Source of the DNA: Octopus vulgaris
Taxonomy: Eukaryota
Assembly (NCBI GenBank): GCA_951406725.2
Contig: OX597828.1
Coordinates: forward strand, 31,806,001 to 31,870,000
Direction of reading: 5' to 3'
DNA: 64,000 bases
Shown piece after piece: positions 1-11,920 of this stretch. Each line of letters starts with the position of its first letter. Positions within the stretch are counted from its first letter, which is position 1. Below the pieces are notes generated by a model that saw only the letters and a program-made list of their open reading frames with translations, did not search any database and was not told where the DNA came from. The position numbers were made by a program, and so were the translations under genes.

Positions 1-115
1 ATTTTGTTTGTCAGATTTGTTTAAAAACATACTTTTTCCTTTTATACCGTTTTTTTCTGCCGTGCTTTTAAATTTGTTTATTTGTCTGGAATAATAAATA
101 TTTTTGAGTGCATTA

Positions 116-251
<136 letters not shown>

Positions 252-424
252 GAGTATTTGTGTTTGTATACACATATGTGTATCTCTGCATATATGCATA
301 TATATATATAAATGAATGCATTAGTATAAAAGTTTTAACATAAACTATTTATCGTAGATTTGATGTATAATCGATATAGTATATATACGATTGTATGTGT
401 GTGTGTGTGTGTGTCTGTGTGTGT

Positions 425-570
425 AAGTCCATTCATTATCTGATGACCATTTTACTATGTTGTATGTCACTACCAGCATGAGAAACAGAGGTTATTCTTT
501 TTCTATATCCATCACCCTCATCAACGATGTTTCGTTTGCTCAAGATTCGTGATTGATATGCAATAAACGC
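425..570 (+). mobile_element. Probable Penelope-like terminal-repeat remnant with hammerhead-like core
   Basis: CTGATGA (440-446)...GAAAC-AGAG-GTT (482-493), downstream AATAAA, flanked by microsatellites; stems are degenerate. Confidence 0.35.
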
Positions 571-571
571 T

Positions 572-617
<46 letters not shown>

Positions 618-729
618 ATGTGTGTGTGTGTACATCTATGTGTGTGCATTTGTATGTGTGTGAGCGTGTGTGTGTACATGTGCTTGGAAAAAGGATTGGT
701 CTAGGCCGTGTGTACAGGAATAAATATTA

Positions 730-1443
730 CAAAGGGGACCAAAAAGAATGTAGGAAGAGTTTTCAGGGTATCAAGGATTACCTGGCGATAAAACAGTTTT
801 GAGGCATTGTAAGAAACATCATACAAAACATGTCTATAACTGTGTTACGAAGGATTGATAATAATCATAAATAATGATGATCAAAATATTAGTAGTAACA
901 CTACCATGTAGCGAAAGTTCTCCATTGGAAACTGTTCGAAAAGCGGGGGCTAGAGAGGAGCAGGACTTGGTATAAGCACAAACCACAGAGATTGGCGGAG
1001 TCAGAGCCTAGCAAAGTCCTCTGGAACTTCCCAATAGAAACTGGTCAAATGCTGGTAGTTGATAAGATGCACACAGATACTATATAGTTGATGTTGCATG
1101 TCCATTTGACTCATGAGTAGTCAAGAAGGAAGGCGAAAAGATTGATAGAAACAACCCTCTGAAGTACGAAATAGTCCGACTAAGGAATATGAAGAAGGTG
1201 AAGGCACTGCCAATTATTGTAGGGTCCGTGAGAACAGTATTCAGAAAGCACAAAGAGGAATACAAGGGAAATTGGAATAGAATGCCAAGTAGAACTGTTA
1301 CAAGATGTTTGCATCTTTAGCACTGCCAGAATAATCGGGAAAGTATTAGATACCTGAAAAGAGCGAATAGCATGGTACCATAGTCTTCAGGTAGCAAGCC
1401 CGCCCGCTACGCATGTAAGACTCGATGAGTTTGAGATAAAGAG

Positions 1444-1444
<1 letters not shown>
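730..1444 (+). mobile_element. Degraded, internally deleted R4/Dong-like non-LTR retrotransposon (RT fragment, RLE C-terminus, 3' UTR)
   Basis: Manual translation: DQKECRKSFQGIKDYLAI (RT region), then HWKL..WYKHKP..KVLWNFPIET..IVDVACPFD..KKEGEKID..LKYEI..LPIIVG..TARIIGKVLDT* (stop 1357); ends in (TAA)n. Confidence 0.8.

Positions 1445-1512
<68 letters not shown>
1445..1512. repeat. (TAA)n tract (tail/target of R4/Dong-like elements)
   Basis: Perfect trinucleotide run. Confidence 0.97.
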
Positions 1513-1823
1513 GCGAAAGGACCCGGTTGCTACCTGGCTCAGATACCAGGAAATCCCAAAATGACAGAAATGCAAAAGATAGTGCTCATCGCAACTGTCT
1601 ATATCCTACATAAATTACTGTCTATGTAATTTCAAATTTTAAAGCAAACTCATAATTTTCTTATATCTCCTTAACCATTCTCCAGAGGTATACTATTTAC
1701 GAAACCAAATATATGACACCCTAGGCATAACACCAAGATGAACGTCTAACTTGTTGTCTCTTGAGGTCTCTGGGTGAGACTTGGAGCCAATTTGTACAAA
1801 TACAAAGCAAAAGTGAAACATCA

Positions 1824-1824
<1 letters not shown>
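1513..1824 (+). mobile_element. 5'-truncated R4/Dong-like 3' end
   Basis: AKGPGCYLAQIPGNPKMTEMQKIVLIATVYILHKLLSM* (stop 1629), homologous to the 2698 copy; 3' UTR with AGGTCTCTGGGTGAGACTT hairpin; followed by (TAA)n. Confidence 0.85.
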
Positions 1825-1879
<55 letters not shown>

Positions 1880-1897
1880 CAACAACAACAACAACAA
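1825..1897. repeat. (TAA)n(CAA)n tract
   Basis: Directly visible. Confidence 0.95.
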
Positions 1898-2388
1898 TAT
1901 GGAACTGTTATCATGTACGTTGTTTCTCTTGGTATAAAATATATGATACAGCAAATATTCTACTCAATACCACGAATTTGCTGATTAGCTGTTTCACCTG
2001 AACCAGTTGAACATGTCCCTTAGTGGCTGACGATATGTCAGTAGTGGGACAGCATTATAGCCATGATTTGAGAGGAATGAATTCTTTGAGGTTTGGATAA
2101 TTCACCTCTGGAAACATAGGTATTTAATTCAACATCCTTAAACAAACCATATTCAAGGATATTTTGAGCAGAATGGGCTACTCAACCGGAAGGAAATTCT
2201 AACTGGGACCCTCCTACAAAGTTATGCACTGTTTTATCTTAATATGATATCACCATGGCGTACATATATGTTTGTGATGCATGTAACTGGTGTACCCTTA
2301 TCAGACGTTGTTGTCATGATGGGTATACTGGGCATCGCATATTTTACCCCAGTGTCACTTTGATAGCATGCACTGCTCTCTCACTCAA
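1898..2388 (+). mobile_element. Interspersed repeat, probably the long 3' UTR of another TAA-associated non-LTR family
   Basis: Lies between TAA-type tracts in the retroelement stack; ends in ...CTCTCTCACTCAATA plus a degenerate (TAC/TAA)n tail; resembles a remembered common octopus repeat. Confidence 0.5.
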
Positions 2389-2431
2389 TACCAATGCTAC
2401 TACTACTAATAATAATAGTAACAATAAAGAC

Positions 2432-2636
2432 GATCATTTTCTAATCAAATTACTTTTAAAACAAACTTCTTATTTACTTGTGTTTTGTCAAACATTCTCT
2501 TGAACAATTCTCTGTGTAAAATCAAACACATTGCACCCTAGACATAACGCCAACTTGTACCTCTAACTTGTTGATTCTTTAGGTCTCTGGGTGAGACTTG
2601 GACTCAACTTGTATAAAGACAAATTAAAAGCCACAC

Positions 2637-2638
<2 letters not shown>
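2432..2638 (+). mobile_element. 3' UTR-only fragment of an R4/Dong-like element
   Basis: Shares CCCTAG.CATAAC...AACTTGTTG...AGGTCTCTGGGTGAGACTTGG with the 1513 and 2698 copies; followed by (TAA)n 2639-2689. Confidence 0.8.
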
Positions 2639-2697
<59 letters not shown>

Positions 2698-2700
<3 letters not shown>

Positions 2701-3134
2701 AACTGAGCAAATATAAAGATCTTGAAATAGAAATCAGCAAAATGTGGAAGCTGAAGACTAAAACAATACCTGTTGTCATAGGTGCCCTGGGAATGATAGC
2801 AAAAGGGGCTGATAGCTACCTAACTCAGATACCAGGAAACCCAAAAAATGGCAGAAGTTCAAAAGATAGTGCTCATGGGAACTGCTCATATCCTACGCAA
2901 AATACTCTCTATGTAATCTCAAGGTTTAAAACAAACATAATTTTCGGTTTAAAAAAAAAAAAAAAAAAACCTTTTTTTTTTTTTTAGGTATTCATTAGTA
3001 CAACATCCCCACCCCCAAATATATGGCACACTAGGCATAACAACAACATGAACTTCCAACCCTGTTGTCTCTTGAGGTCTCTGGGTGAGACTTGGAGCCA
3101 ACTTGTACAAATATAAAGCAAAAGTCAAACATAG
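2698..3134 (+). mobile_element. 5'-truncated R4/Dong-like element (RLE C-terminus plus 3' UTR)
   Basis: KLSKYKDLEIEISKMWKLKTKTIPVVIGALGMIAKG...IPGNPK/(frameshift)MAEVQKIVLMGTAHILRKILSM* (stop 2916); tail (TAA)n 3135-3153. Confidence 0.9.
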
Positions 3135-3153
3135 AATAATAATAATAATAATA

Positions 3154-4367
3154 AAACTAGCTTACAAAACAACCACAAACTAGCTTACAAAACAACCACA
3201 ATTGGACTGGCCAAATATCTCGAAATATCGAATGACTGGATGCTAAAGCTCGTGGAAAATCACAAGAGACGAAAGAAGCTTCATTCTATCATAAAGGAAA
3301 GCAAAAAAATTGCTATTGATCTCGTGCAGGATACCCAAACTGAACAACCCGAGGGAAGTACGGCAACTATTGTTGCAAAGGTGAAAATGATGGCAATGAA
3401 AAAAGCGCACGAGCAATTGGCTGATAGGTGGGAGGAGAAACCTCTGCACGGCAAATATGTGACCCGCGGCAAACAAGCTGATGTTGACCAGAAGCAAACC
3501 CATCAGTGGCTACGGAGCTCAGGGCTAAAAGCAGAGAGCGAAGGTTTCATCCTGGCTGCTCAAGATCAAAGTCTATTAACCCGGAACTACCAGGCCAATG
3601 TGATGAAAATGGAGCAGACCCAAAATGCCGATTCTGCAACGACATGATTGAAACAGTGGACCACCTAATCTCTGGATGTAAAGTCTTAGCACCAGTGGAG
3701 TATAAATTAAGACATGACAGAGTTGGCCAATATCTCCACAGGCTAATAAGTCGGCATTACAATATCAAAACTGCCGACAAGTGGTATAATCACCACCCTG
3801 AGGCTGTAACTGAAGGAGAAAATGTAACCATTATGTGGGACTTTCCAGTACATACAGACCGAAACCATCAAGGCCAATAAACCAGATATTGTCGTGAAAG
3901 ATCAAAACAATAAAGTTTGCTTATTGATCGACATGAGCATCCCCTGTGATCATAATATCTCAGCGAAAGAGTTTGACAAGCTCAGAAAATATAAAGACCT
4001 ACTCATTGAAATTGAGAAAATGTGGCATCTCAAGGCGGTTACAATACCAGTGATCGTAGGAGCACTAGGAATGATCAAGAGGGGAACCGAAAATTATATG
4101 AGAATGATCCCTGGCTTACCATCCCTGCAAGAAGTGCAAAAGATTGTCTTAACTGGTACATCACACGTATTGAGAAGAGCATTGTCGATGTGAGAACTGT
4201 TGCTGCTCATGTATTTTAATTTAACTTAAAAAAAAATAATAAAAAATGAATGATCTACTGAGTTTGGTTTAATGGCCTACCAATGTATCCTATGAGTTTC
4301 TTTGCCCTAGGAGTCGGGAAGACACTCGGCAAGAAATGGAAGCAAATTTGAAAGAAGAAAAAAAAAG
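3154..4367 (+). pseudogene. 5'-truncated R4/Dong-like retrotransposon: post-RT region, CCHC zinc knuckle and restriction-like endonuclease, frameshifted
   Basis: ORFs 3240-3647, 3506-3880 and 3894-4193 join into W..KPLHGKY..WL..GLKAESEGFILAAQDQSL.TRNY; C-x2-C-x8-H-x4-C (CRFCNDMIETVDHLISGC); RHD; NKPDIVV..LLIDMSIP..K..KY (PD-(D/E)xK-type RLE); 3' UTR then (TAA)n. Confidence 0.93.
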
Positions 4368-4462
4368 TAATAATAATAATAATAATAATAAAAACAACAA
4401 CAACAATAGTAGCAGCAACAACAGCTGCAACAACAGCAGCAGCAGCAACAACAACAACAGCA
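4368..4462. repeat. (TAA)n/(CAA)n/(CAG)n compound trinucleotide tract
   Basis: Directly visible. Confidence 0.93.
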
Positions 4463-4539
4463 TTTCACAGGCGTAATTCAAACAACTAATACAACGGAAA
4501 GCTGAAACGAAACCCAGTATTACAGTAATGAGAAGATAA

Positions 4540-5862
4540 AAGATAACAGTGTGAGGAAGAAGGAAAGGAGCATCGGAGAAAATAGGATACTGATGCAGTG
4601 CTACGTAAAATGTGACCATAAAAGAAGGGCCTATAGAAAACGGATGTTAAGGTTTTTGTGTAGTTAAGAGTATACATGAAGTGACTGTGTAGATGTTTGT
4701 AGACCAAGCGAATGGTTGTAGGGGAAGAATATGAATGACGGAATTAGAGATAGAAGTGATCCCAACAGAACTGGAGAAGAAAATCCCAATATAAGGAACA
4801 ATACAATACAAACCACAGTACTTAAAGGGTAAATAGCACTGTTGATCAGGAAGTGACATCTGGTAGCAGCGACTAAAGCGTGAAAGATCCGAAAATGTTT
4901 ATTGAGTTACAAGTAGCAGTGAGTAGAGAGGAAAGAAAAAGTATTACCAGTTTTAAAAGGTACTGACAGAAGAAATTTGTTAGATATAACTAGGAAATCA
5001 GATTCTGTAATTATTCTAATAGACACTAAAATTATAGGTGACACTCACTTCTTGATCTATGCAGGAGTAGTAGTAGTGGTATTAACTAGAAGATTACTTT
5101 TTCCTCAAGGAAAGATTAGAAAAGACGAAATGAGGAGAAGCAGATTAGAAAATAAAATAAAGACGTTGAGACAAGATCTAAAACAAGTTAAGAAACACAA
5201 GATTTAAATCATCTCCGGAACAAAATACTTAGACAAAGAGAAAAGTTGTTGTCATAGAAGAGTTGAAGCTTCATGTCAGAGCAATAGAAGGAAGGCTTTC
5301 CAGATATCAGAGAGTAATAGATCAGTATCAAGAGAACAAATTGTTTCTGATAGAGCAGAGTAGATTTTATAGCCAAAGAAGTAGCCTAGAAGAAAGTACT
5401 GAAGATGTCGAATGCAGAAGAACCTAGAAAGTAATATTTGGGATCGACCAGTGAAACATAATAGAGATGCGGTGTGTTTAAAGAAAATAAGCGAAGTAGT
5501 AGCTAGTGGGAATTAGCAAGACAAAACAGTGCATTAATGAGTAAAATGTTGGAGAAAATGCCGAATTGGAAGAAGCAATGATTTAGATTTCATTCAAAAG
5601 TACTGGTGAAAGAAATATAGTTGTTTACTTGTGAGGTTGAGAGAACAACGTCAGGATTGCCTTAACCGAGATCTAATATCAGGCTTGATGAATAAAGGAA
5701 GAACCTAGAAATTATAGTCCAAACTCTTCCTTACCATCAGTGTAGAAACTGTTAACAGGTATGCTCTCCGAAAGTATTTACGAGCAACTTGCTGCCTGAA
5801 GAATAGAAAGGTTACAGGGAAAAGGCTCGTGGAGCGCACAATCTATTATACGTAGACAAAGC
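4540..5862 (+). mobile_element. Old R4-clade-like element, N-terminal region to early RT, 3'-truncated
   Basis: Broken translation: YRKRML..DQAN..MTELEIE; IYAGVVV; RLENKIKTLRQDL; IEELK..SRYQ..QYQENKLF...SRFY; WDRPVKHN; KMPNWK; NYSP..LPSV*KLLTG; LLPEE*KGYR.KARG..LLYVDK. Confidence 0.75.
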
Positions 5863-6394
5863 TTCTTGTAACTGGGTTATTAAGAATGGTTTTAAAATAC
5901 TATGAAAAGGAGCATAGGGTCCATATCAGAAAACACTACTCACAATCCGTAAAAATATTTCAGCAATGAACAGGCCGCATTTTGCGCAAAACACTCTTTA
6001 TCGATTCGAAATACTTAAACAGAACCGACTCTACGCACAACATATACCCTATACAATAAACCCCAGGAATTCTATACAACATAGCAAGCCCAATATGTAT
6101 ACTATTATATGTACAAACATAACAACCGATGTAATGTGTGTGTGTGCGTGCGTGTGTATGATTTAAGCCTGATAAAATTGCACAACCCACATTACATATG
6201 AAGCACAAATGAAATTAAATTAAAATAACAAGAATCAAAATCATATTGATGGAATACACGAATTTGAGGAGATTATACTCGCCTAATCGCCGCAAAATGT
6301 TGTATGGAAATAAATGAGGGAAAGCTGTACACATCTGAGAAACAGTTTCGCATGAAATTACAGAATGAAAATAATTAAAAGGGTATTATAATAA

Positions 6395-6555
6395 TTCTGA
6401 TTTAGACAAAAGAACAGTAATTTCGAATAAAGAAAAGGATGAGATCGAACCGTTGACACCAGAGGTAGACTTAAGTATAGAGTGGATTGAACTGAGAAGG
6501 TAAATAGCTGGAAGAAATATTGTAAAGAATTTTTCCCGACAGTCTAACAAATAAT
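6395..6555 (-). mobile_element. Highly degraded SINE (13039-type family)
   Basis: Patchy similarity to the reverse complement of 13039-13262. Confidence 0.35.
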
Positions 6556-6886
6556 ATTATTATCGCTAAGATTCCTCAGTAAAAAAGCACAGTAAGAGAA
6601 ATCTAGTATAGCAAATATAATCTATATAATTGACTAGACTACTTGTTTAAAATTGTTTTATCGATTGCCAATGTTTAAAGACAAAGTAGATTACATAGTT
6701 GTTAGTATTGCGCCACCGTCTTCATATCATTTCACTATGTTCTGGTGTCGAAATAATGGACTATAGCCTCTCCCAATCTTTTATAAACTTCCATTCATGT
6801 AATAAAACATCATGATAACTATTAAATCTATTATTATTTTTTTCTCTCACCATTATGATTATTAATGTTATTATTGCTATTCATGG

Positions 6887-7100
6887 GATGGTGGGTTAGG
6901 AATATAGTAGAACATTCGTTAATATTTCTAGTTTTTAATAGTTATGATGTTTTTACTTATTGCGACATCAATGTTGCCTTTTATCCACCCGAAGTCAATA
7001 AAATAACGTACAAATCAAGTTTCTGAACACGACGACGACGCAATCGATGAAATCCTTCTGCCTAAATTGTTGGTTTTCTACTTAGAGTAAAAACGATTAT
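6887..7100 (+). mobile_element. Degraded SINE (13039-type family)
   Basis: TTGCCTTTTATCC...GTCAATAAAATAA.GTAC...GCAATCGA...AAATTG..GG...ATTATT matches family body and tail. Confidence 0.5.
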
Positions 7101-8645
7101 TGTTTTTATTAATGTCTTTCTTAATTTTGATTTCATTTTCACAATCATAATCACCACCATCTTCAAGATTAGTATTCCTATCATGACGTATATTAAATCT
7201 ACCCTCTTTATAGTCATCAAATATTACACAGCAACAATGTTGCCCTTCAATAAATAGTAATATCCGCACATTTGTGCCTAAAATAAAGACAAAATTCTAT
7301 AAAAACCTATAGTCATTGTGTCTTTACATGAACAATTAGCGAGGACTTAATAATTCTATGCGTTATATTCCTTTCTGACTAGTAAACGTGTTGCGTATTA
7401 ATCTGTGAATACGAGGCAAAGCAAAGCAGTAAATTATCAATGATGCAGCGGCTCTTATATTTTTGACAGCTAACCCCCAAAGCCAATGTAGCAGCATTAA
7501 CTGACATATAAAGAGAAAACCTGGTGACCGTAAAGAAAACTCATGAATGTTATACTATTTCATGTCGAACGGTTTTGTGCTCTGAATTCAAAATTATAGA
7601 ACAACATTCATATATTAGCACCGATGATGAAAAGGATGCATTGTAAGACATTTACATGATCGTCATTATATGTTATAGAGAAAGAGACGAGACGGTGAAG
7701 TTTTATGCGACAGGTCGTGTATAGATTTTTATAAGTTGCACATATACGAAATAAATATTAATTTACATGTACATGTTATGTACACATGCGCATGCATAAA
7801 CTGCACACGCATATATACACATGCGTGTAGGCCTGTGTGTGAGTGCATATACACGGAAGCAAGGAGGACTAAATATGTTCAAATAGTTTATTTTTATTTC
7901 TATTAATCCTTACTTAGAATCGCATTGCTTAATACTTCAAAGTGTTGATGAAATAAATAATAAGGTATCTGATTCCTGCTTCAGTGTTTCATAACATCTA
8001 TATAAGTCTCGTTCTTTGTGAATAACATGTAAGATGTTCCAGTATCTACCAATTTCCAAAATCCAGAGCGAAGGAGTATTATACATTAGCCAATCAGTTG
8101 CAGATTTACGTACAGTCTATAAATGTATTCACTTACAATTTCTACTTACTGTGATATATCAATGAGCGCATACACATAAATATACACAAAGGCAAACCCA
8201 TAAACAGTGATGTACACGCACACGTATGTATTAATAATCAGTAAATTACTCAAAGAGTTTCGCGCCACTTTTACACCTCACTCTAAAGTGAAACGAAGTT
8301 AGAGTGAAAACATCACTTTCCAGTCTCTAGTTAACAAGATTCTCATTGGCAAAGAAAGGTCTAAAGGGAGAGAGCTTGTTTCAACCCTACGTTGAATGGA
8401 ATGTAGTTTTAAATGCATTGTGGTGTGTATAGTGGCTGTCAAATATCTAAAGATTTTTCTGAGTTAACATTATCGCTTATACTGTGGATGGCTAAACGAT
8501 GTTCGTAAAAATGTTTTGTTTGTCTATGACATATTGTATATGGATTTTGGTTTTCAATTTTTTTTTTTAGCAATTTCAGGATTCGTAAAATCCAACATAT
8601 TCATAGACTACACTCTGTTTCTTGAGTGCTTTCTCACTCTCTCTG

Positions 8646-8685
<40 letters not shown>

Positions 8686-8869
8686 TCTCTATCTGTCGTT
8701 CTCTCTTTGTATTAGGTGCAGTGTCGTAATTGCAAAAAATCATTTTCAAAAGGCAACAACAAGGCGCTAATGGCCCCTTCATCCTGCAGTCTGAATGGTG
8801 GTATAAACTGATCATATAAACATCAAAAGTTGCTTGCCAGGAGTCCTGTTTTATTATTTGCAATATCAA

Positions 8870-9460
8870 AACCAGCTGCATGAACATCTCTTTAAACATT
8901 TGCTTAGGTCTGACGAAATGAAATAGTTTAGCATTTAGCGGACATTTTGGTAGGGGCTGCAAGAAGAGTATATATTTTAGGTTATGTTGGAGAAGTTACA
9001 CATAAAAGAATATGGAACTTTAATAATGTTTGAATAAACGCCCGCTTTGCATCTGTGCGGAATCGAGTCTTGTTTGATATAAACACTTAACTGTATCAGC
9101 AGCTAAATTCCCATTGAAATGCAGATCCACCCAAATTGCTTTCAGCTTTCTTGTTCTGCTGTTGTAGAGTTGTTTCTTTTGGCAACATATATCTCTAAAA
9201 ACCAAATATGTGATTTGGCAATGCTCTCAGAGACTGTTATCTTCTTGAATGTGTCATTGCCGGAGGATACGATGGAAAACATTAGTAGTTACATCATCGA
9301 TAAAACTCTTGGCCATAGATTGGTGATGGCTGGATTACATAATAAGTAACATAATTACTTTATTTGGTGTACTGAATTGGTAGTTTATCTGCGTTCAAAG
9401 CTAATATAATGTTTTCAGTAACACGATTCTGAATGGCATGAAGTCTATCAACAATTCATT
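8870..9460 (-). mobile_element. Possible degraded CR1/L2-like LINE RT C-terminal remnant
   Basis: Weak fragments SIAKS..FR...KQLY..R....IW, HFNG, DL..FK. Confidence 0.3.
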
Positions 9461-9583
9461 CCAAATACAAATAAAATATAATCACACTTTCATTTATCTT
9501 GTGGATTATCTTCTGTAATAAGGAAAAGCGTGATTATATGTGTATGAATGAATGTGTGTGCATCTCTCTTTCTCTCTCTCTGC

Positions 9584-9634
<51 letters not shown>

Positions 9635-9645
9635 TATATAAAAAA

Positions 9646-9690
<45 letters not shown>

Positions 9691-9693
<3 letters not shown>

Positions 9694-9876
9694 AGAGTTT
9701 ACGGAAAAGAAAACAAAAGAAGAAGACAGGTGGTGTACAAAACAAACAGATGTATTTGTATAATGCTCAAGAATAGAAAATGTATTTTACGTTTCGGGCC
9801 TATGCTCTTCTACAGAAAGCGACACAGAAAACAAGGGGAGAAAGAAGTGTGTAGTGGCTAACGATCTATCATGGCG
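9691..9876 (-). mobile_element. Penelope-like terminal-repeat family copy with minimal hammerhead-like motif
   Basis: Homologous (inverted) to 53095-53270 and to 31018-31135; minus strand reads TTT-CTGTAGA-A-GAGC-ATAG-GCCC-GAAACGTA-AAA; embedded in (AT)n. Confidence 0.55.
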
Positions 9877-9915
<39 letters not shown>

Positions 9916-11383
9916 GTATTTATGTATGCATGTATGTATGTATGTATGTATGTATGTATGTATAAATTTCCCCTATGAAGAAATATATAATGTGAAATAC
10001 GCAAACTTATTCAAATTAATTTTCTGGTAACTTTTCAGTTCCTAATTTCGTTGAAAGAATCTCCTCTACTGAGGTTTATCATCGACATCTCTTTCTTTAT
10101 AGATATCGGTATATAATTCCATTAAGTCATTCTATCAACTACATTATTTGCTATAACAAATTAGACACATAAATCTCTCCTATTTCATTTGCCAATATAG
10201 TATTTTTATATTCATTGCTATTAGCATAATAATCCTATTATCATTATGAATGTTTTATATTATAAATGTCTAATAATTAATGCATTTTAATATATATTCT
10301 AAATTCTTTCACCAGTTTCTTAATTATGTAGCCATGACCTCTTTCATATCCTTTCCCCAAATCTTACGCATAAAACTTATCATTGCATAGTTATGTATAC
10401 ATAAAGAGATAGAAATTAAAGTGTGTTTTGTCTACATTAATATGATATTGAACACAGATTCGTACAAATGTCTATATTAAATCAGGTAGTACATTAATAA
10501 TTACTTATGTATTCAGATACCTTTCTGTATTCACGCATATTCATCAATGTTTAAATCTATTCATATAAATCTATTAAGACTATCAATTTATTTCTATAAC
10601 TGGCCCAATTTTCGCTCCTAACACCTCCTGCATTACGTAGATATCCTGCTATTTTAAATTTATTCGCGCCTCAACTATTTGGATGCACAAGATTATTTTG
10701 AAATTACATAGAATCTTAGAAATATGTTTTTAATAAGTAATTTAAAAAGTAGGTAGTGGCCACAAGCTTTTGTATGTAAGTGTGTGGTATTGTGTTCGAT
10801 TGTGCGTTTTTGTTTTAGGTCTCACCGACCCTTATACCAGCAAATCTTTATATGCGTATGTAGAAGTTCAAATTCAGATTTTTCACCATTATTTGGAGTG
10901 TACTATAATAGTGTTGTTTCTATACAGAGCTTTCCTGGACGCTAATTTCTTTCAAATACATACAGAGGTGTGCATCCTTGAGGAATAGACCACATTCATC
11001 CTAAATACAATGCTTTCCAGTATATAATCTACCCGCATTTTGTACATGCTAGTGTTTAGTTTACATGGATAGCTTGTCCCCCCATTCATCCAGCATTCGT
11101 ACATAAATAATTGTGTATATATATCCCATATTTATTTCCGAATGAGATAACAGGACCATTACTGAATAACAAAATCTTTATATATAATGCAACTTGGAAA
11201 ACATTTATTTTCTGAAGAGGTAAACAATCTCAAGTGAGGAAGTAAGACACTACCTATTCGAAATTTATAAACTAAGCTTAAATTTTAATGTAAATAGTCC
11301 TGGATTTCAGTTTATATTTTATAACTCAGGCGCAATAATAATTGTTTTCATGAAACACATTTGTTGACTGAGAGTGTAAAATG

Positions 11384-11426
<43 letters not shown>

Positions 11427-11832
11427 TATATATATATATGTACATCAAAACACATCTACACACATGTTTATGTATATGTGTCTGTATGTATATATTATAT
11501 AAAAAAAAGTTAGATCTACAATTTCTTAAAACAAAAAAAATATTATGATTTTTTTCCAAACGTTCTTTTGCCGTATCGAGTTTTATTTTCTATAGCGTAG
11601 ACCATCATAGAAATTAGCCTCAGTAATAAGTATAATGATCAAGAATCTGATTGTAATCTTGTGCATAATATAACGTTATTATCTTGGTAATCATCAATGT
11701 GGTCGCTGTCAGTTTAAATAGAGGTGAGCTGTGTCAGTGTGTGAACAATGTCGTTGTAATAACACATTGTGGAATAAGATTCCCGAGATTATTTATTTAC
11801 TGTCAGTGTGCTACTGCTTTCTCTTGATAACA

Positions 11833-11857
11833 ATGATTGATGATGATGATGATGACA

Positions 11858-11920
<63 letters not shown>
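11833..11920. repeat. (GAT)n microsatellite
   Basis: Directly visible. Confidence 0.97.

Noticed and set aside
3240-4193. Three ORFs as a functional nuclease gene or novel defence system
   Set aside because: Frameshifted pieces of one 5'-truncated retrotransposon ORF with no RT and no start context
1445-4462. Repeat-spacer pattern resembling a CRISPR-like array
   Set aside because: The repeats are TAA microsatellites and the spacers are variable-length retrotransposon 3' ends; eukaryotic context, no cas genes
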